NCBI GenBank assembly: GCA_027485835.1
Contig: JAIXQG010000002.1
Span: 138,232 to 202,231 of the forward strand
DNA: 64,000 nucleotides
Direction: 5' to 3'
From: Alphaproteobacteria bacterium
Lineage (GTDB): Bacteria; Pseudomonadota; Alphaproteobacteria; UBA2136; UBA6156
Program-made: the position numbers and the translations under genes
In this document: positions 45,811 through 56,074 of the stretch, one piece after another
Layout: each line of letters opens with the position of its first letter
Position numbering within the stretch: position 1 is the first letter of the stretch
The notes under the pieces: generated by a model
Told to the model about the DNA's origin: nothing
The model's input: only the letters and a program-made list of their open reading frames with translations
Database searches by the model: none

Positions 45811-47640
45811 CTAATACCCCTCGTGGGCATCCTTAACGTGAATGTCCATCAGCGCTTTACCGTTGAAAGTGCGGGGTTTGGCGGTGATGGCGAGTGTGAG
45901 GGCGCGGCCGTTGCTGTTGGCCAGCAGCGGGCCGAGCGGGCTGTTCATAGCGCCAAAGCACACGGCGTCCAAATTGGTTTGGCCGGTAGCGTCGGACAGG
46001 CGGAGCTTAAGGTGCTCTTGTGTGGCGCCCACGGTTTTGGCGAAGGTGATGCGTGCGCCTTGCAGGGCCAGCACAGGCTCTGGGTTGCCCGGGCCAAAGG
46101 GCGCCAGTTGCTGCATGGCTTGGCACAACGGTTGGGTGAGGCCTGCGGGATTGGTGGTGGCATCTACCTTGAGGCGCGGCGCCAAGCGGTGGCTGAGTGG
46201 CAGGTGGGCGTCTTCGGTGCGGGCGGCCAGCTGTTGGTGCAGGGCTTCGTTCAGTTTGAGACGGAAAGCGGCGAGATTTTGGGCTTCGAGCGTCACACCC
46301 GCGGCCATGGCGTGGCCGCCGCCGGAAAGCAGCGTATCGGCCGCCGCATGCACCGCTGCACCCAAGTTGAGGCCGTGGATACTGCGGCCAGAGCCCTTGA
46401 GGTGGCCGTTGCTGTCGGTGCCCAATACAAACGTGGGCCGGTTGAATTGCTCCTTCACCCGTGCGGCGACGATACCGACGATGCCGGGGTGCCAGTCGTT
46501 ATGGTGCAGCACCAGCGCGAGGGTGTCTTCGGTAAAGGCGTCCTCGGCCTGCTGGCGGGCTTGGGCGAGGATGGTTTTCTCCATCGTCTGGCGTTGTTGG
46601 TTGAGGGTGTTCAGCGTTTCGGCAAACGGGTAAGCCGTGCCGTCATCTTCCGCGAGCAGCAAGTTCAGCGCGGCTTGGGCACTGTCGATACGCCCTGCGG
46701 CATTGAGGCGCGGGGCAAGGCTGAAGCCGAGCGAGGTTGCGGAGATATCGTCCTTCACGCCCGCTACACTGGCCAGCGCGGCCAAGCCACGGTGCTGCCA
46801 TGTGGCCAACTGTTGCAGACCCTTGGCCACCAGCACGCGGTTGGTGCCGGTGAGTTGCATCACATCGGCCACCGTGGCGAGGGCGACGAGGTCAAGCAGG
46901 TGAATCAGGTTCGGTTCGCGCGTACTTGCAAAAAAGCCGTTTTCCCGCAGGTGGCGGTTAAGGGCCATGAGCAGGTAGAAGGCGATGCCACTGCCGCAGA
47001 GGCCTTGCAGCTCGGAGGTATCATCGTAGCGGTGGGGGTTGAGAATGGCGATGGCGGGAGGGAGCGAACCGTCCGGTTGGTGGTGGTCGGTGACAATCAC
47101 ATCTAAGCCCAGCTCCGCCGCGCGGTTGAGGGCGGCGTGGGCGGTGGTGCCGGTATCCACCGTCACCAGCAGTTGGGTGCCCATCTGCTTAAGTTTGTCC
47201 ATAGCGCCGGGGGTTGGGCCGTAGCCTTCGGTCAGGCGGTCCGGGATATACAGCAGCGGCTGCACGCCAAGCTGGCGCAGGTAGCGGGTGAGAATGGCGG
47301 TGGCGCAGGTGCCGTCCACATCGTAGTCGCCAAAAATCGCGATAATTTCTTTGTTGCGAATGGCGGCAATGAGACGCTCCACAGCCTGCGGCATGGATTT
47401 GAGCGTTGCGGGGTCCGGCAGGGTTTTCAAATTGGGACTCAGGAAGGCCGTGGCGGCTGCGCCTTCTGAATAGCCACGGGCTGCCAGAATAGCCGCGGTG
47501 GGGGCGGGTAAACCCGTGGCTTGCGCCAGTGCCGCGCCAAGGCGGTAGGCGTCCGACGACGTGTCCGGCATCAGCCAATACTGGCCAAGCACGGAGAGTT
47601 GTGAGCTGGCGGAGAACGGCTGGCGTGACGAAGTTAACAT
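45811..47640 (-). CDS. recJ: single-stranded-DNA-specific exonuclease RecJ
   Basis: DHH and DHHA1 motifs (DHHQPDG..., GGGH). Confidence 0.9.
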   Translation of the reverse strand: MLTSSRQPFSASSQLSVLGQYWLMPDTSSDAYRLGAALAQATGLPAPTAAILAARGYSEGAAATAFLSPNLKTLPDPATLKSMPQAVERLIAAIRNKEIIAIFGDYDVDGTCATAILTRYLRQLGVQPLLYIPDRLTEGYGPTPGAMDKLKQMGTQLLVTVDTGTTAHAALNRAAELGLDVIVTDHHQPDGSLPPAIAILNPHRYDDTSELQGLCGSGIAFYLLMALNRHLRENGFFASTREPNLIHLLDLVALATVADVMQLTGTNRVLVAKGLQQLATWQHRGLAALASVAGVKDDISATSLGFSLAPRLNAAGRIDSAQAALNLLLAEDDGTAYPFAETLNTLNQQRQTMEKTILAQARQQAEDAFTEDTLALVLHHNDWHPGIVGIVAARVKEQFNRPTFVLGTDSNGHLKGSGRSIHGLNLGAAVHAAADTLLSGGGHAMAAGVTLEAQNLAAFRLKLNEALHQQLAARTEDAHLPLSHRLAPRLKVDATTNPAGLTQPLCQAMQQLAPFGPGNPEPVLALQGARITFAKTVGATQEHLKLRLSDATGQTNLDAVCFGAMNSPLGPLLANSNGRALTLAITAKPRTFNGKALMDIHVKDAHEGY

Positions 47641-47658
47641 GGCATCATCGTACCATAA

Positions 47659-47685
47659 AAAAGCCGCCCGTGGGCGGCTTTGCCT
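47659..47685. terminator. bidirectional rho-independent terminator (gccgccc-gtg-ggcggc flanked by A6 / T-run)
   Basis: Read directly from sequence. On the minus strand it follows the phasin stop. Confidence 0.55.
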
Positions 47686-47703
47686 TTTGGCCAGTCAATC
47701 CGA

Positions 47704-48165
47704 TTACTTGCTGGATGTGCTGGTAGCGGACTTGGTCGCAGCGGTGGCCGTGCTCTTGAAGGTTTCGAGAGTTTGGCTGGTTTGCTGGGAGATGATGTCG
47801 GTGCACTTGGCTTGGGTCTTCTGCCACTGGGTGGAGATTTCCTGAGCGATGCTTTGGGCTTTCTCGGCGCTGCGCTTGGAGATTTCGGTCTGCTTGCTCA
47901 TGTAGTCTTCGATACCTTTGGCGGTAGAAAGCTCACGCAGGGCTTCCACGCAGTCTTCCATGGTGCTTTGGGCGTACTTGAACTGCTTTTCGGTGCAGGT
48001 GGCGATGGTGTCGGTCACGATGGTGCCAACTTGCTTCATGGCTTCCAGATTTTGCTTGCTGGAGGTGGCAGCGCTCGACCAGTCGAAGAACTTCTGCATG
48101 TTCTGCTGCATGGTTTGAGTGTACTGGGAGGGATCGAACATCTTGGAGAAGTCATTCGTGAACAT
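47704..48165 (-). CDS. phasin family protein (PHA granule-associated)
   Basis: Start at MFTNDFSKMFDPSQYTQTMQ. Phasin_2-like helical protein with an Ala/Thr/Ser-rich C-terminus. Confidence 0.65.
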   Translation of the reverse strand: MFTNDFSKMFDPSQYTQTMQQNMQKFFDWSSAATSSKQNLEAMKQVGTIVTDTIATCTEKQFKYAQSTMEDCVEALRELSTAKGIEDYMSKQTEISKRSAEKAQSIAQEISTQWQKTQAKCTDIISQQTSQTLETFKSTATAATKSATSTSSK

Positions 48166-48305
48166 GTGACGCGAACCTTTATTGCGGGTTATTGTTGATG
48201 GTGGGAGTTTGCGAGGTCGCTCTTCTTCTGTCAACACCTTTTGTGCAACGCACAATGTCTGACAAAGGCTTTACCAAAGCGGTGTTTCTTCCGGCATTGG
48301 TCAGC

Positions 48306-49643
48306 TTATTTGAGGGATGCCGTGGTCACCTTGCGGCGTTCCTTGACCTTCACCTTCATTTCGCGTCTGCCCGCATTTTCAACAACGACTTTTTCCACCT
48401 GATTTACCGTGCTGGCATACTGTGGCTTTGGGGTCTCTACCATATTCACGTTTTCCATGTACTCCGGCTTCGGCATCATCATGGAATTATCAATTTCCGG
48501 CGTGGGCTCCTGCCAGTTCAAGCACCCCGGCTGCCGCACAACTTGCCACAAGCCATTGGCAAACCGATTTGGTGCCAATAATTGCACGTTTACCGGTGAA
48601 TCTCCGTGTTCAATATACTCGGCCAGCACATCGGCGGCACCCGCGGCATAGGCGGTGGCACGCCCGCCCCAGCCACTACCAACCAATACCCCCGGCAGGC
48701 CCGGCCACGGGCCAAGGGCGGGGACAAAGTCCGGCGTTAGCCACTCTTGCGAGACCTTGCACGCCACCAAGCCCGCCTGCTGCAGCGTGGGTATTAAATA
48801 CCCCACATGCTGCTGCAAAGCCCTCACCAACTGGCTATTTGCGTTGGTATTGAAGGTGGCTTGGGCAGGGTCGTTCATACCATCGTAATGCACGTTCATG
48901 TGCAGGGGGTCGACCGGCACCATGTAGAGCAGCCCCCGTTGCAAGCGTTGCAGCATAAGTGGCAAGCCATGAGGTTCGGTATTGCGTAACACCAATACGT
49001 GGCTGCGCGCCGGGCGCAATGGCAAGGCCAGCCCCAACGGCGGCAACAGGCGGCGCAAAGCGCGTGCGCTCGTGAAAATAATATGACGTGCCTGAAAGCG
49101 GCTGCCGTCTTCCAAGGTCAGTTGCGGGTGGTCGAGCTCGACAATCGAGAGCGCGGCGGGGTTCATATGCCGTTGCGGAATACCGGCTGCTACGATGGCG
49201 CGCTGCAGTTTCTGTTGCAGGTCCAGCGGTAACAAGGGTGCCCCTTCCCAACACTTGTAGCCTAACGTACCCCGTACGAAGTCCGGCACCCCTTCCTCGT
49301 AGGTCACATGTTCTCCGCCGAGGGCGTCGATCATGGCTTCGTCTTGCAGTTTTTTAGCACGGCCGATACTGGTGGCAAAGTCGTAGGCGTCCACGCTCGT
49401 TAACGGAATATCGACACCAAATCGTTGCAAAGCATCGCGCCAGCATTGCAGCGAGTGCTGATAGAGAGGTGCGAGAGATTCATCTCCGCCGACCAGCATC
49501 AGCTCGCGGTTCAAAGGTGCATGGGTGGGTGGGGCCTCACCGGCCAGAGTTACCTCGATGCCGCGTTTTTTCAGTGCCAGCGCGGTGAGCAAGGCCAAAG
49601 GGCCGCCACCTACCACCAATACCTGCGTTTGGACATCATTCAT
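48306..49643 (-). CDS. FAD-dependent oxidoreductase (DAO/glycine-oxidase-like)
   Basis: Start at MNDVQTQVLVVGGGPLALLTALALKKRGIEVTL (Rossmann GxGxxG). The upstream ORF extension is rejected. Confidence 0.7.
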   Translation of the reverse strand: MNDVQTQVLVVGGGPLALLTALALKKRGIEVTLAGEAPPTHAPLNRELMLVGGDESLAPLYQHSLQCWRDALQRFGVDIPLTSVDAYDFATSIGRAKKLQDEAMIDALGGEHVTYEEGVPDFVRGTLGYKCWEGAPLLPLDLQQKLQRAIVAAGIPQRHMNPAALSIVELDHPQLTLEDGSRFQARHIIFTSARALRRLLPPLGLALPLRPARSHVLVLRNTEPHGLPLMLQRLQRGLLYMVPVDPLHMNVHYDGMNDPAQATFNTNANSQLVRALQQHVGYLIPTLQQAGLVACKVSQEWLTPDFVPALGPWPGLPGVLVGSGWGGRATAYAAGAADVLAEYIEHGDSPVNVQLLAPNRFANGLWQVVRQPGCLNWQEPTPEIDNSMMMPKPEYMENVNMVETPKPQYASTVNQVEKVVVENAGRREMKVKVKERRKVTTASLK

Positions 49644-49693
49644 AGGTCTCAGCGTGGCTTGACATCTGCGGTGCGTCAAGCAAGGGTGCGCCA

Positions 49694-50605
49694 ATGACCT
49701 TAAGCACTGTGACAAGTCGGATTGAAACAACACGCCTTTTGGGCGGTTTGCCGCTGCGTGACCACCTGCTTCAGCAGGCCCGTACCGCCGTTGCCGCTCT
49801 TGGGGCACCGGTACGTTTGTGTATTGTGCAAGTGGGTAACCATGCGCCAAGCGCCGTTTACATCCGTAACAAACAAAAAGCCTGCGCCGCGGTAGGGATT
49901 GCTACCGAAGTAGTTCATTTACACGAGGGGCAAGGCGAACACGCGTTACACGCCACCTTAAAAGCCCTTGCGATAGAGCCGGATGTCACCGCCGTGCTGG
50001 TACAAACCCCCCTGCCCCGTGGTTGGGATGTTCAGGCCGCGCTCGACCTTGTACCTGCCTTTAAGGATGTAGACGGACTTAGCCGTGCCAGTGCCGCAAT
50101 GCGTTTTACGCAGCCGGAACAGGCTTTGTTGCCCGCAACGCCTCTCGGGGTAATGCGTTTGCTTGAAGCGGCAGGGATTGATGTTGCCGGAGCCGCGATT
50201 GCGGTTATCGGCAAAGGTATGGTGGTCGGCGCGCCGCTGCGCGAGATGTTGCATAATGCCGGTGCCCATGTGGTGGAGATTGATAAAGATACCCCACACC
50301 CTGCGAGCCTGACCCGCGATTGCGACGTGATTGTTGCCGCCGCAGGTGTACCGGGATTAGTCACTGCCGAGTGGGTGAAGCCCGGTGCGGTGGTGATTGA
50401 TGTGGGGCTCACCCGCCATGACGGACTCCTGTTAGGAGACGTGAGCCGGATGGAGGTGGAAGGTGTTGCCGGCACCCTCACCCCCGTGCCCGGTGGCGTG
50501 GGCCCCATGACGGTTGCCAGCCTGATTACGAACATTTGCGACGCCGCCTGCCTGCAACTTGGGCGGCCGCGTACCCCTTGGAAGGTTGACGCGGGCGCCG
50601 AGTAA
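49694..50605 (+). CDS. folD: bifunctional methylenetetrahydrofolate dehydrogenase / methenyl-THF cyclohydrolase
   Basis: FolD motifs (PxPxGxDV, TPVPGGVGPMTVA). Confidence 0.92.
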   Translation: MTLSTVTSRIETTRLLGGLPLRDHLLQQARTAVAALGAPVRLCIVQVGNHAPSAVYIRNKQKACAAVGIATEVVHLHEGQGEHALHATLKALAIEPDVTAVLVQTPLPRGWDVQAALDLVPAFKDVDGLSRASAAMRFTQPEQALLPATPLGVMRLLEAAGIDVAGAAIAVIGKGMVVGAPLREMLHNAGAHVVEIDKDTPHPASLTRDCDVIVAAAGVPGLVTAEWVKPGAVVIDVGLTRHDGLLLGDVSRMEVEGVAGTLTPVPGGVGPMTVASLITNICDAACLQLGRPRTPWKVDAGAE

Positions 50606-50640
50606 GCGCAGTCTGGCGGCACTTTAGGAGTGCAAAAACA

Positions 50641-51270
50641 ATGACTAAACGTTTGATTTCCCCCTTCCTTTTGCTCGGGTGCCTATTAGCAGCCCCAGCC
50701 ATTGCGCAAGAGATTTCTGCCACCCGCACAATCGTGAGCGCTACCGCCAGCGCGTTTCAGGTGATTGACGATACCCGCGCTGAAAACCGCGATGAAGACT
50801 TGATGTATATTCAAGCTGCCGTGGCCCGTAATGAAGCCGCGATTGAAGCTGCCAAGGCGATTTTGAAAACCAGTTTTGATGCCGATGTGCGCATGTTGGC
50901 GGGTGACAGCCTGAAGACCCATGACACCGAACTGCGTACCCTCAAGGCATGGCTGCAATTACATGGCCCCAAGGCCGTGGCGGCACCCGCCCAGCCTGCG
51001 CCCGTGACACCGCCTAAAGTTGTTGCCACAGCTACCGAACCTGCGGAGACTGTACCCGTCATGGCCATGCCCGTGAGCCCCAGCTTGCCTGACGCTCCGG
51101 TTAAGCCCCTGCCCGCCGCAACTGAAGTGACGATTACCACACCGCGTGCCGTAAGTGACACCGACCCCTTGCCGGGTGCGCACCTCAGCATGAACCCCGT
51201 GGAAGAACCCACCATGCAGCTGCTGGATGTTCCGCCGGTGCCGGTTTCGTTAACTCCCCTCACCCAATAA
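50641..51270 (+). CDS. secreted DUF305-like protein lacking the HH motif, with Pro-rich C-terminus
   Basis: Signal peptide, helical DUF305-like core (DLMYIQAAVARNEAAIEAAK) and a Pro/Ala/Val-rich tail. Confidence 0.55.
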   Translation: MTKRLISPFLLLGCLLAAPAIAQEISATRTIVSATASAFQVIDDTRAENRDEDLMYIQAAVARNEAAIEAAKAILKTSFDADVRMLAGDSLKTHDTELRTLKAWLQLHGPKAVAAPAQPAPVTPPKVVATATEPAETVPVMAMPVSPSLPDAPVKPLPAATEVTITTPRAVSDTDPLPGAHLSMNPVEEPTMQLLDVPPVPVSLTPLTQ

Positions 51271-51291
51271 CCAACTTAAAGCAATAACGTT

Positions 51292-51756
51292 ATGAAATAC
51301 TCCGCCCTTCTTCTTGCAGCTCTTGCCTCGCTATCTCTTCCCTTACTGGCAGCCGATAAAGGGAGTCATCATGGCCACACGAACCATGTCGCCCATGACG
51401 CTGCCGCCGCTGGCGCGCCCAGCACGCTGGAGCTGCAACAGGCCAACTCCGTGATGCACAAAGACATGGATATTACCTATACCGGCGATGCCGATATTGA
51501 TTTTCTGCGCGGCATGATTGCCCACCACCAAGGGGCTGTGGAAATGGCCCGCGTACAGCTACGCTATGGTCGCGATGCCAAGGTAACCCGCTTGGCGGAA
51601 GAGATTATCCGTGCCCAAAATCTCGAAATCGCGTGGATGCAAAAGTGGCTGACCCAACTGGAGGCGCAACCGCGTAAGCCGATTGTGACCGAACCGCGCC
51701 GCGGGATGTGGAATGACTCCAACTGGAGCGGCAAAACCTGGTTGGGTGAACGCTAA
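51292..51756 (+). CDS. secreted DUF305 family protein (HH-motif metal-binding four-helix bundle)
   Basis: Signal peptide, then 'DIDFLRGMIAHHQGAVEMARVQLRYGRDAKVTRLAEEIIRAQNLEIAWMQKWL'. Confidence 0.72.
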   Translation: MKYSALLLAALASLSLPLLAADKGSHHGHTNHVAHDAAAAGAPSTLELQQANSVMHKDMDITYTGDADIDFLRGMIAHHQGAVEMARVQLRYGRDAKVTRLAEEIIRAQNLEIAWMQKWLTQLEAQPRKPIVTEPRRGMWNDSNWSGKTWLGER

Positions 51757-51759
51757 ACC

Positions 51760-52011
51760 ATGGCCAAACTCCCTTCGCGCTACTACGCGTTTGCCGTGCC
51801 GCTGTTGTTAAGCTTTGTCATGTCCTTTGTGGTTTCCGGCATTTCTACGCTGCGCGGTGTTGGGCTAGCGCCCGATTTTCTGAATATCTGGATGCATGCG
51901 TGGATGGCCTCGTGGATGGTGGCCTTCCCTGTGGTACTGTTTGTGTTACCTGCCGTGCGGAACATTGTCGGCCTGTTTGTGGAAGAGCCGACGCGTCCGG
52001 CGAAAGGCTAA
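51760..52011 (+). CDS. small 2-TM membrane protein (DUF2798-like)
   Basis: 83 aa with two hydrophobic helices. The start lies 4 nt after the previous stop. Confidence 0.5.
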   Translation: MAKLPSRYYAFAVPLLLSFVMSFVVSGISTLRGVGLAPDFLNIWMHAWMASWMVAFPVVLFVLPAVRNIVGLFVEEPTRPAKG

Positions 52012-52017
52012 TTTAGC

Positions 52018-52626
52018 ATGGCGTCTTACTGCATCTTCGATACCGAATACACGACATGGGAAGGCGCACAGGCCACCCGCTGGAACGGGCGCGGGCAGCA
52101 TCGCGAGGTGTTTCAGATAGGTGCGGTACGGGTGGAAGAGGGTAAAGCTTGGGAGGAACTGGAAACGCTCAGCTTGCTGATACGCCCCCAGCTTAACCCC
52201 GTATTAAGCGCTTACGCGACCCAGCTTACGGGCATAACTCAAGACATGTTGGAACGTGATGGGCTGGAGACGCCTGAGGCTTTGGCGCGGTTTGCCGCGT
52301 TTAGCGGTAACTTGCCCGTATTTTCCAACGGCATGGACCTGCATATTGTGGCGGAAACCTGCGGGTTGCAAAAAGTGATCATGCCGTTAGATCCGCGCCA
52401 GTATTTCTCGCTTCACTATCCCCTCTATGCGGCTTTGGATGCGCATTTTGCGTTTGATCACCGCGAGTATGTCTCTGGCCGCCTGCATGAGCTTGCGCGC
52501 CTTGAGCCCCCTAGCAAGATGGGTGGCGTGCATAATGCGCTGCACGATGTGTGGTCGCTTTTTGCGACCTGCGCATGGCTGAAACAGCAGGGTACCGATG
52601 TTATCGGCGACCTTTTGAAGGCTTAA
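52018..52626 (+). CDS. DEDDh 3'-5' exonuclease, ERI-1/KapD-like (paralog 1)
   Basis: Exo I 'IFDTEYTTWEG', 'IRPQLNPVLSAYATQLTGITQDML' (ERI-1-like segment), Exo III 'HNALHDV'. Confidence 0.78.
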   Translation: MASYCIFDTEYTTWEGAQATRWNGRGQHREVFQIGAVRVEEGKAWEELETLSLLIRPQLNPVLSAYATQLTGITQDMLERDGLETPEALARFAAFSGNLPVFSNGMDLHIVAETCGLQKVIMPLDPRQYFSLHYPLYAALDAHFAFDHREYVSGRLHELARLEPPSKMGGVHNALHDVWSLFATCAWLKQQGTDVIGDLLKA

Positions 52627-53037
52627 CTACTTTTTGTCGCAGTTGGCGGTGCACACCGTTTCTTCCGTTACCGTACCGCCGCAGCGCACGTGGGCGGCGC
52701 GGGCCGAGGCCAAGCAGTTTTCCTCGCACTTGCGCGGGCTGCAATCGCGTTCGTCCAGCATGGAACGCTCGTAGCCCCAGCCTGCGCCACGGTAGCCACC
52801 GCTGCCTAAACCGATACTGGTATGGAACCCGCCCGGGTTGTAGCAGCTACGGGCCATTTGGCGGCAGTTTTCGACACAGGTGTTGGACATGATAATGACG
52901 TTGGAACTGCATAAACGGCCACTTTCGGTTGCGGGCTCGTTCAGAGTGTAGTTGGTGCGGTACACGGGGCCGCAGGCGGCTAATACAGATACGAAGGCTA
53001 TAGTACAGATCAAACCTGTGAGACGATGGATGTTCAT
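52627..53037 (-). CDS. Cys-rich lipoprotein (136 aa)
   Basis: Signal peptide with lipobox 'VLAACG' and 12 Cys in the mature part. Convergent with exonuclease paralog 1 with no spacer. Confidence 0.5.
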   Translation of the reverse strand: MNIHRLTGLICTIAFVSVLAACGPVYRTNYTLNEPATESGRLCSSNVIIMSNTCVENCRQMARSCYNPGGFHTSIGLGSGGYRGAGWGYERSMLDERDCSPRKCEENCLASARAAHVRCGGTVTEETVCTANCDKK

Positions 53038-53092
53038 ATCTTCATATTACCATGATTCAGAATTCGTTACGCCCATTTTACCGTAAGAAATT

Positions 53093-53127
53093 TGACATTT
53101 CCTATAGACATATGTATACACGAATCA
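53093..53127 (+). promoter_or_regulatory. candidate promoter TTGACA-N17-TATACA upstream of exonuclease paralog 2
   Basis: Read directly from sequence in the AT-rich divergent intergenic region. Confidence 0.3.
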
Positions 53128-53154
53128 CACGAGGCCTACAGAGGGAATACCACT

Positions 53155-53835
53155 ATGCCTGATGCATCCCATGTTATTTTTGACACTGAATATGCCACTG
53201 ATGAAGGCGCTCGCGATAGCGACTGGGGTTGCCTCGGTCACCACCGCGAAATCATTCGCATCGGTGCAGCGCGCATCGTTCCGGGCCAACCTTGGGAGAG
53301 CTTTGAAACGCTCGACTTGCTGGTTAATCCGGTATTTGCAGCGCATACCGCCTATACCGAACAGATCACCGGCATCACCCAGGAAATGTTGGATGTAGAT
53401 GGTTGTGATGCTGAACGTGCTTTCCGGCAACTTTATATGTTTATTGATGGTTTGCCCGCGCTTTCGAACGGCAATGACATCAACAAGATTGCCGAAACTG
53501 CCGGACTACAGGGATTCGTCATGCCTTTTGACCCCCTCGAATTCGGTAGTGTACTGAAGCCGATGTATCGGGAACTGGCCAAACACGTTGCCCCTGAATT
53601 GCCTGAGCGGCCATGGGTGAACCACTCCTCCGGCACACTCCACAGACTGGTGGGCATTGACCTGCCGGAAGGATTGGGGGAAGTGCACAACCCGTTGCGC
53701 AACGTCTGGTCGATCCACGTCACACTGGAAGCCCTGCACGAAAGGTACAATGCCGACGTCGTTTCGGAAGTTCTGGATGGAATGGCCAAACGAAAGAGTG
53801 CGTTTAATTACCATTATATGCGAATGGACGATTAA
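53155..53835 (+). CDS. DEDDh 3'-5' exonuclease, ERI-1/KapD-like (paralog 2)
   Basis: Start at MPDASHVIFDTEYATDEG. Same motif set as paralog 1 ('EQITGITQEML', 'HNPLRNV'). Confidence 0.78.
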   Translation: MPDASHVIFDTEYATDEGARDSDWGCLGHHREIIRIGAARIVPGQPWESFETLDLLVNPVFAAHTAYTEQITGITQEMLDVDGCDAERAFRQLYMFIDGLPALSNGNDINKIAETAGLQGFVMPFDPLEFGSVLKPMYRELAKHVAPELPERPWVNHSSGTLHRLVGIDLPEGLGEVHNPLRNVWSIHVTLEALHERYNADVVSEVLDGMAKRKSAFNYHYMRMDD

Positions 53836-53837
53836 TG

Positions 53838-53912
53838 ACATGCCCGCCCAGAGACATCTGGGCGGGCATGTCGTTTTGGCGATAACTAAAAAAAGCCCCA
53901 AATCGGGGCTTT
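53838..53912. terminator. two consecutive hairpin terminators (catgcccgccc...gggcgggcatg; aaaaaaagcccc-aaat-cggggcttttttt)
   Basis: The second is bidirectional (A7/T7) and also follows the minus-strand rpoD stop. Confidence 0.6.
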
Positions 53913-53926
53913 TTTTGGTTTTGATT

Positions 53927-55966
53927 CTAGTTCTCGGCGTAGCTCTTGATACCACGGGCGCGGGACGGGTGGCGCAGCTTCTTGAGGGCTTTCGCCTCAA
54001 TCTGGCGGATACGCTCACGGGTCACGTTGAACTGCTGGCCGACTTCTTCCAGCGTGTGGTCGGTGCTCATACCGATACCGAAGCGCATACGCAGCACACG
54101 CTCTTCACGCGGGGTCAGGCTGGCCAGAATCTTGGTTACGCCGTCGCGCAGGTTGGTTTGCACGGCAGCATCCAACGGCATTACGGCGTTGGTGTCTTCA
54201 ATGAAGTCGCCGAGCGTACTGTCTTCTTCGTCGCCCACCGGGGTTTCGAGGGAGATCGGCTCCTTGGCAATCTTCTGCACCTTGCGGACCTTATCGACCG
54301 GCATGTTCAGCTTCTTGGCCAGCTCTTCCGGAGTAGGCTCGCGGCCCAGCTCGTTCATCATCTGGCGTTGGGTGCGGTTCATTTTGTTGATCGTCTCGAT
54401 CATGTGCACCGGAATACGGATGGTACGGGCTTGGTCGGCAATGCTGCGGGTGATGGCCTGACGGATCCACCACGTGGCATAGGTACTGAACTTGTAGCCG
54501 CGACGGTATTCGAACTTATCGACCGCCTTCATCAGGCCGATGTTGCCTTCCTGAATGAGATCGAGGAACTGCAAGCCGCGGTTGACGTACTTCTTGGCGA
54601 TGGAGATCACCAGACGCAGGTTGGCTTCGACCATTTCCTTCTTCGCGACAGAGGCTTCGCGCTCGCCCTTACGGGTGGTGCCGACAACCTGTTTGAACTC
54701 GGAGACAGTCAGACCGTACGGCTTGGTGAAGTCGTTCAGGGCGTTCTGTTGCTTCTTGAATTCCTTTTCGATGCCTTCCAGCTTGGCTACCAGCTCCTTA
54801 ACGCCCTTTTTGGCCTTCTTCGCCATCTTCTCGAGAAGATCATCGTCGTTTTCGTGACCCAGCCAGGTGTCGAGGTAGTCCATACGGTTCACGCCGGCTT
54901 TGTCGACGACCAAGCGCATCAGTTCGCCTTCGGCCTTGGTGAGGTTGCGGGAGACTTCAAACAGCGTCTGCATCAACTCATCGACACGGTTGTTGGTGAG
55001 CGGAATCTCGCGCATGATCGGCTTCATCTTTTCCAGCAGGTCGGCGTGCTTCTTGGTCTGCTTGGGGTCTACCTTGTTACCGGCCAGACGCTTGACGTCG
55101 ATTTTGGCAAGTTCAATCGCCATCGGCTCCAGCTCAGCAAACAGCTCTACCAGTTTCGGCATCAGCTGCGCTTCCATGGCGGCCAGCGACATGATTTCGT
55201 TATCCTCATCAGCTTCTTCGGCGTTCTCTTCTTCCGAATCGGCTTTCTCTTCCTTGTCGTCCTTGTCGGCAGAGCCATCGGCGCTGATGGCAGACGGCTT
55301 GGAATCGACGACATCGTCATCCTTGGCGTTCAAAGCGGCTTCGGCTTCGTCTAGTTCTTCCTGAGACGGACCCAAGGCGGCCGCGAGGTCGACGACATCA
55401 CGCAGGAAGCGCTTGCCGTCTTGCACTTGTTGGAACCACTCCAGCACCTGACCGTAGCACCACACGCTGCTGAAGAGACCGTCGTTCAGTTTGATCTTAC
55501 CGGCTTCAATGCGCTTGGCCAATTCCACTTCGCCTTCGCGGGTCAGCAGCTCGACGCTGCCCATCTCACGCAGGTACATGCGCACGGGGTCGTCGGTACG
55601 GCCGTAGTCATCGGCCACCGCGTTGGCGGGCTGGGCAATAAGGGCGCCCTTGCTGTTGCCAAAGAAGGCCGGGTGCGCGGCCATCATATCGCCTTCGGAA
55701 TCGTCGGCACGCTTGCTGGTCACCGGCGCGCCAACGGCGACGACAACCTGCATTTGGTCATCATCGTCTTCGTCAGTCAGCACGACTTCGTCGGCCGCTT
55801 CCTGTACGGGAGCGTCGTCGATGTCGACAACAAGGATGTCCTCGTCTACGAGGTCTTCCGAGCTGCTGCGGGTGCCAGTGGGTTGCGTCATCGTGCGGGT
55901 CCTTTCCATCGGGCTCTCAATCTCAAGCGGAACATCGTTCAAAACCGCTGCCAGCGCGGCTTTCAT
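53927..55966 (-). CDS. rpoD: RNA polymerase primary sigma factor (sigma-70)
   Basis: Regions 1.2-4.2 conserved ([66 protein letters not shown]). An acidic spacer is present. The true start may be an internal Met (MERTRT or MTQPTG). Confidence 0.96.
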   Translation of the reverse strand: MKAALAAVLNDVPLEIESPMERTRTMTQPTGTRSSSEDLVDEDILVVDIDDAPVQEAADEVVLTDEDDDDQMQVVVAVGAPVTSKRADDSEGDMMAAHPAFFGNSKGALIAQPANAVADDYGRTDDPVRMYLREMGSVELLTREGEVELAKRIEAGKIKLNDGLFSSVWCYGQVLEWFQQVQDGKRFLRDVVDLAAALGPSQEELDEAEAALNAKDDDVVDSKPSAISADGSADKDDKEEKADSEEENAEEADEDNEIMSLAAMEAQLMPKLVELFAELEPMAIELAKIDVKRLAGNKVDPKQTKKHADLLEKMKPIMREIPLTNNRVDELMQTLFEVSRNLTKAEGELMRLVVDKAGVNRMDYLDTWLGHENDDDLLEKMAKKAKKGVKELVAKLEGIEKEFKKQQNALNDFTKPYGLTVSEFKQVVGTTRKGEREASVAKKEMVEANLRLVISIAKKYVNRGLQFLDLIQEGNIGLMKAVDKFEYRRGYKFSTYATWWIRQAITRSIADQARTIRIPVHMIETINKMNRTQRQMMNELGREPTPEELAKKLNMPVDKVRKVQKIAKEPISLETPVGDEEDSTLGDFIEDTNAVMPLDAAVQTNLRDGVTKILASLTPREERVLRMRFGIGMSTDHTLEEVGQQFNVTRERIRQIEAKALKKLRHPSRARGIKSYAEN

Positions 55967-56074
55967 CGTCAGTTCAACTCGTTTGTGTAACCTGTCGTTA
56001 CCATGAGCTATTTTTGGTCTGCTTTTGGCATTCCTAACACAGCTTTTAACGGTGTGACAGAGCTTCTGTTCCTG

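Noticed and set aside
45823-47106. 427-aa plus-strand ORF
   Set aside because: Antisense to recJ.
53657-55354. 565-aa plus-strand ORF
   Set aside because: Antisense to rpoD.
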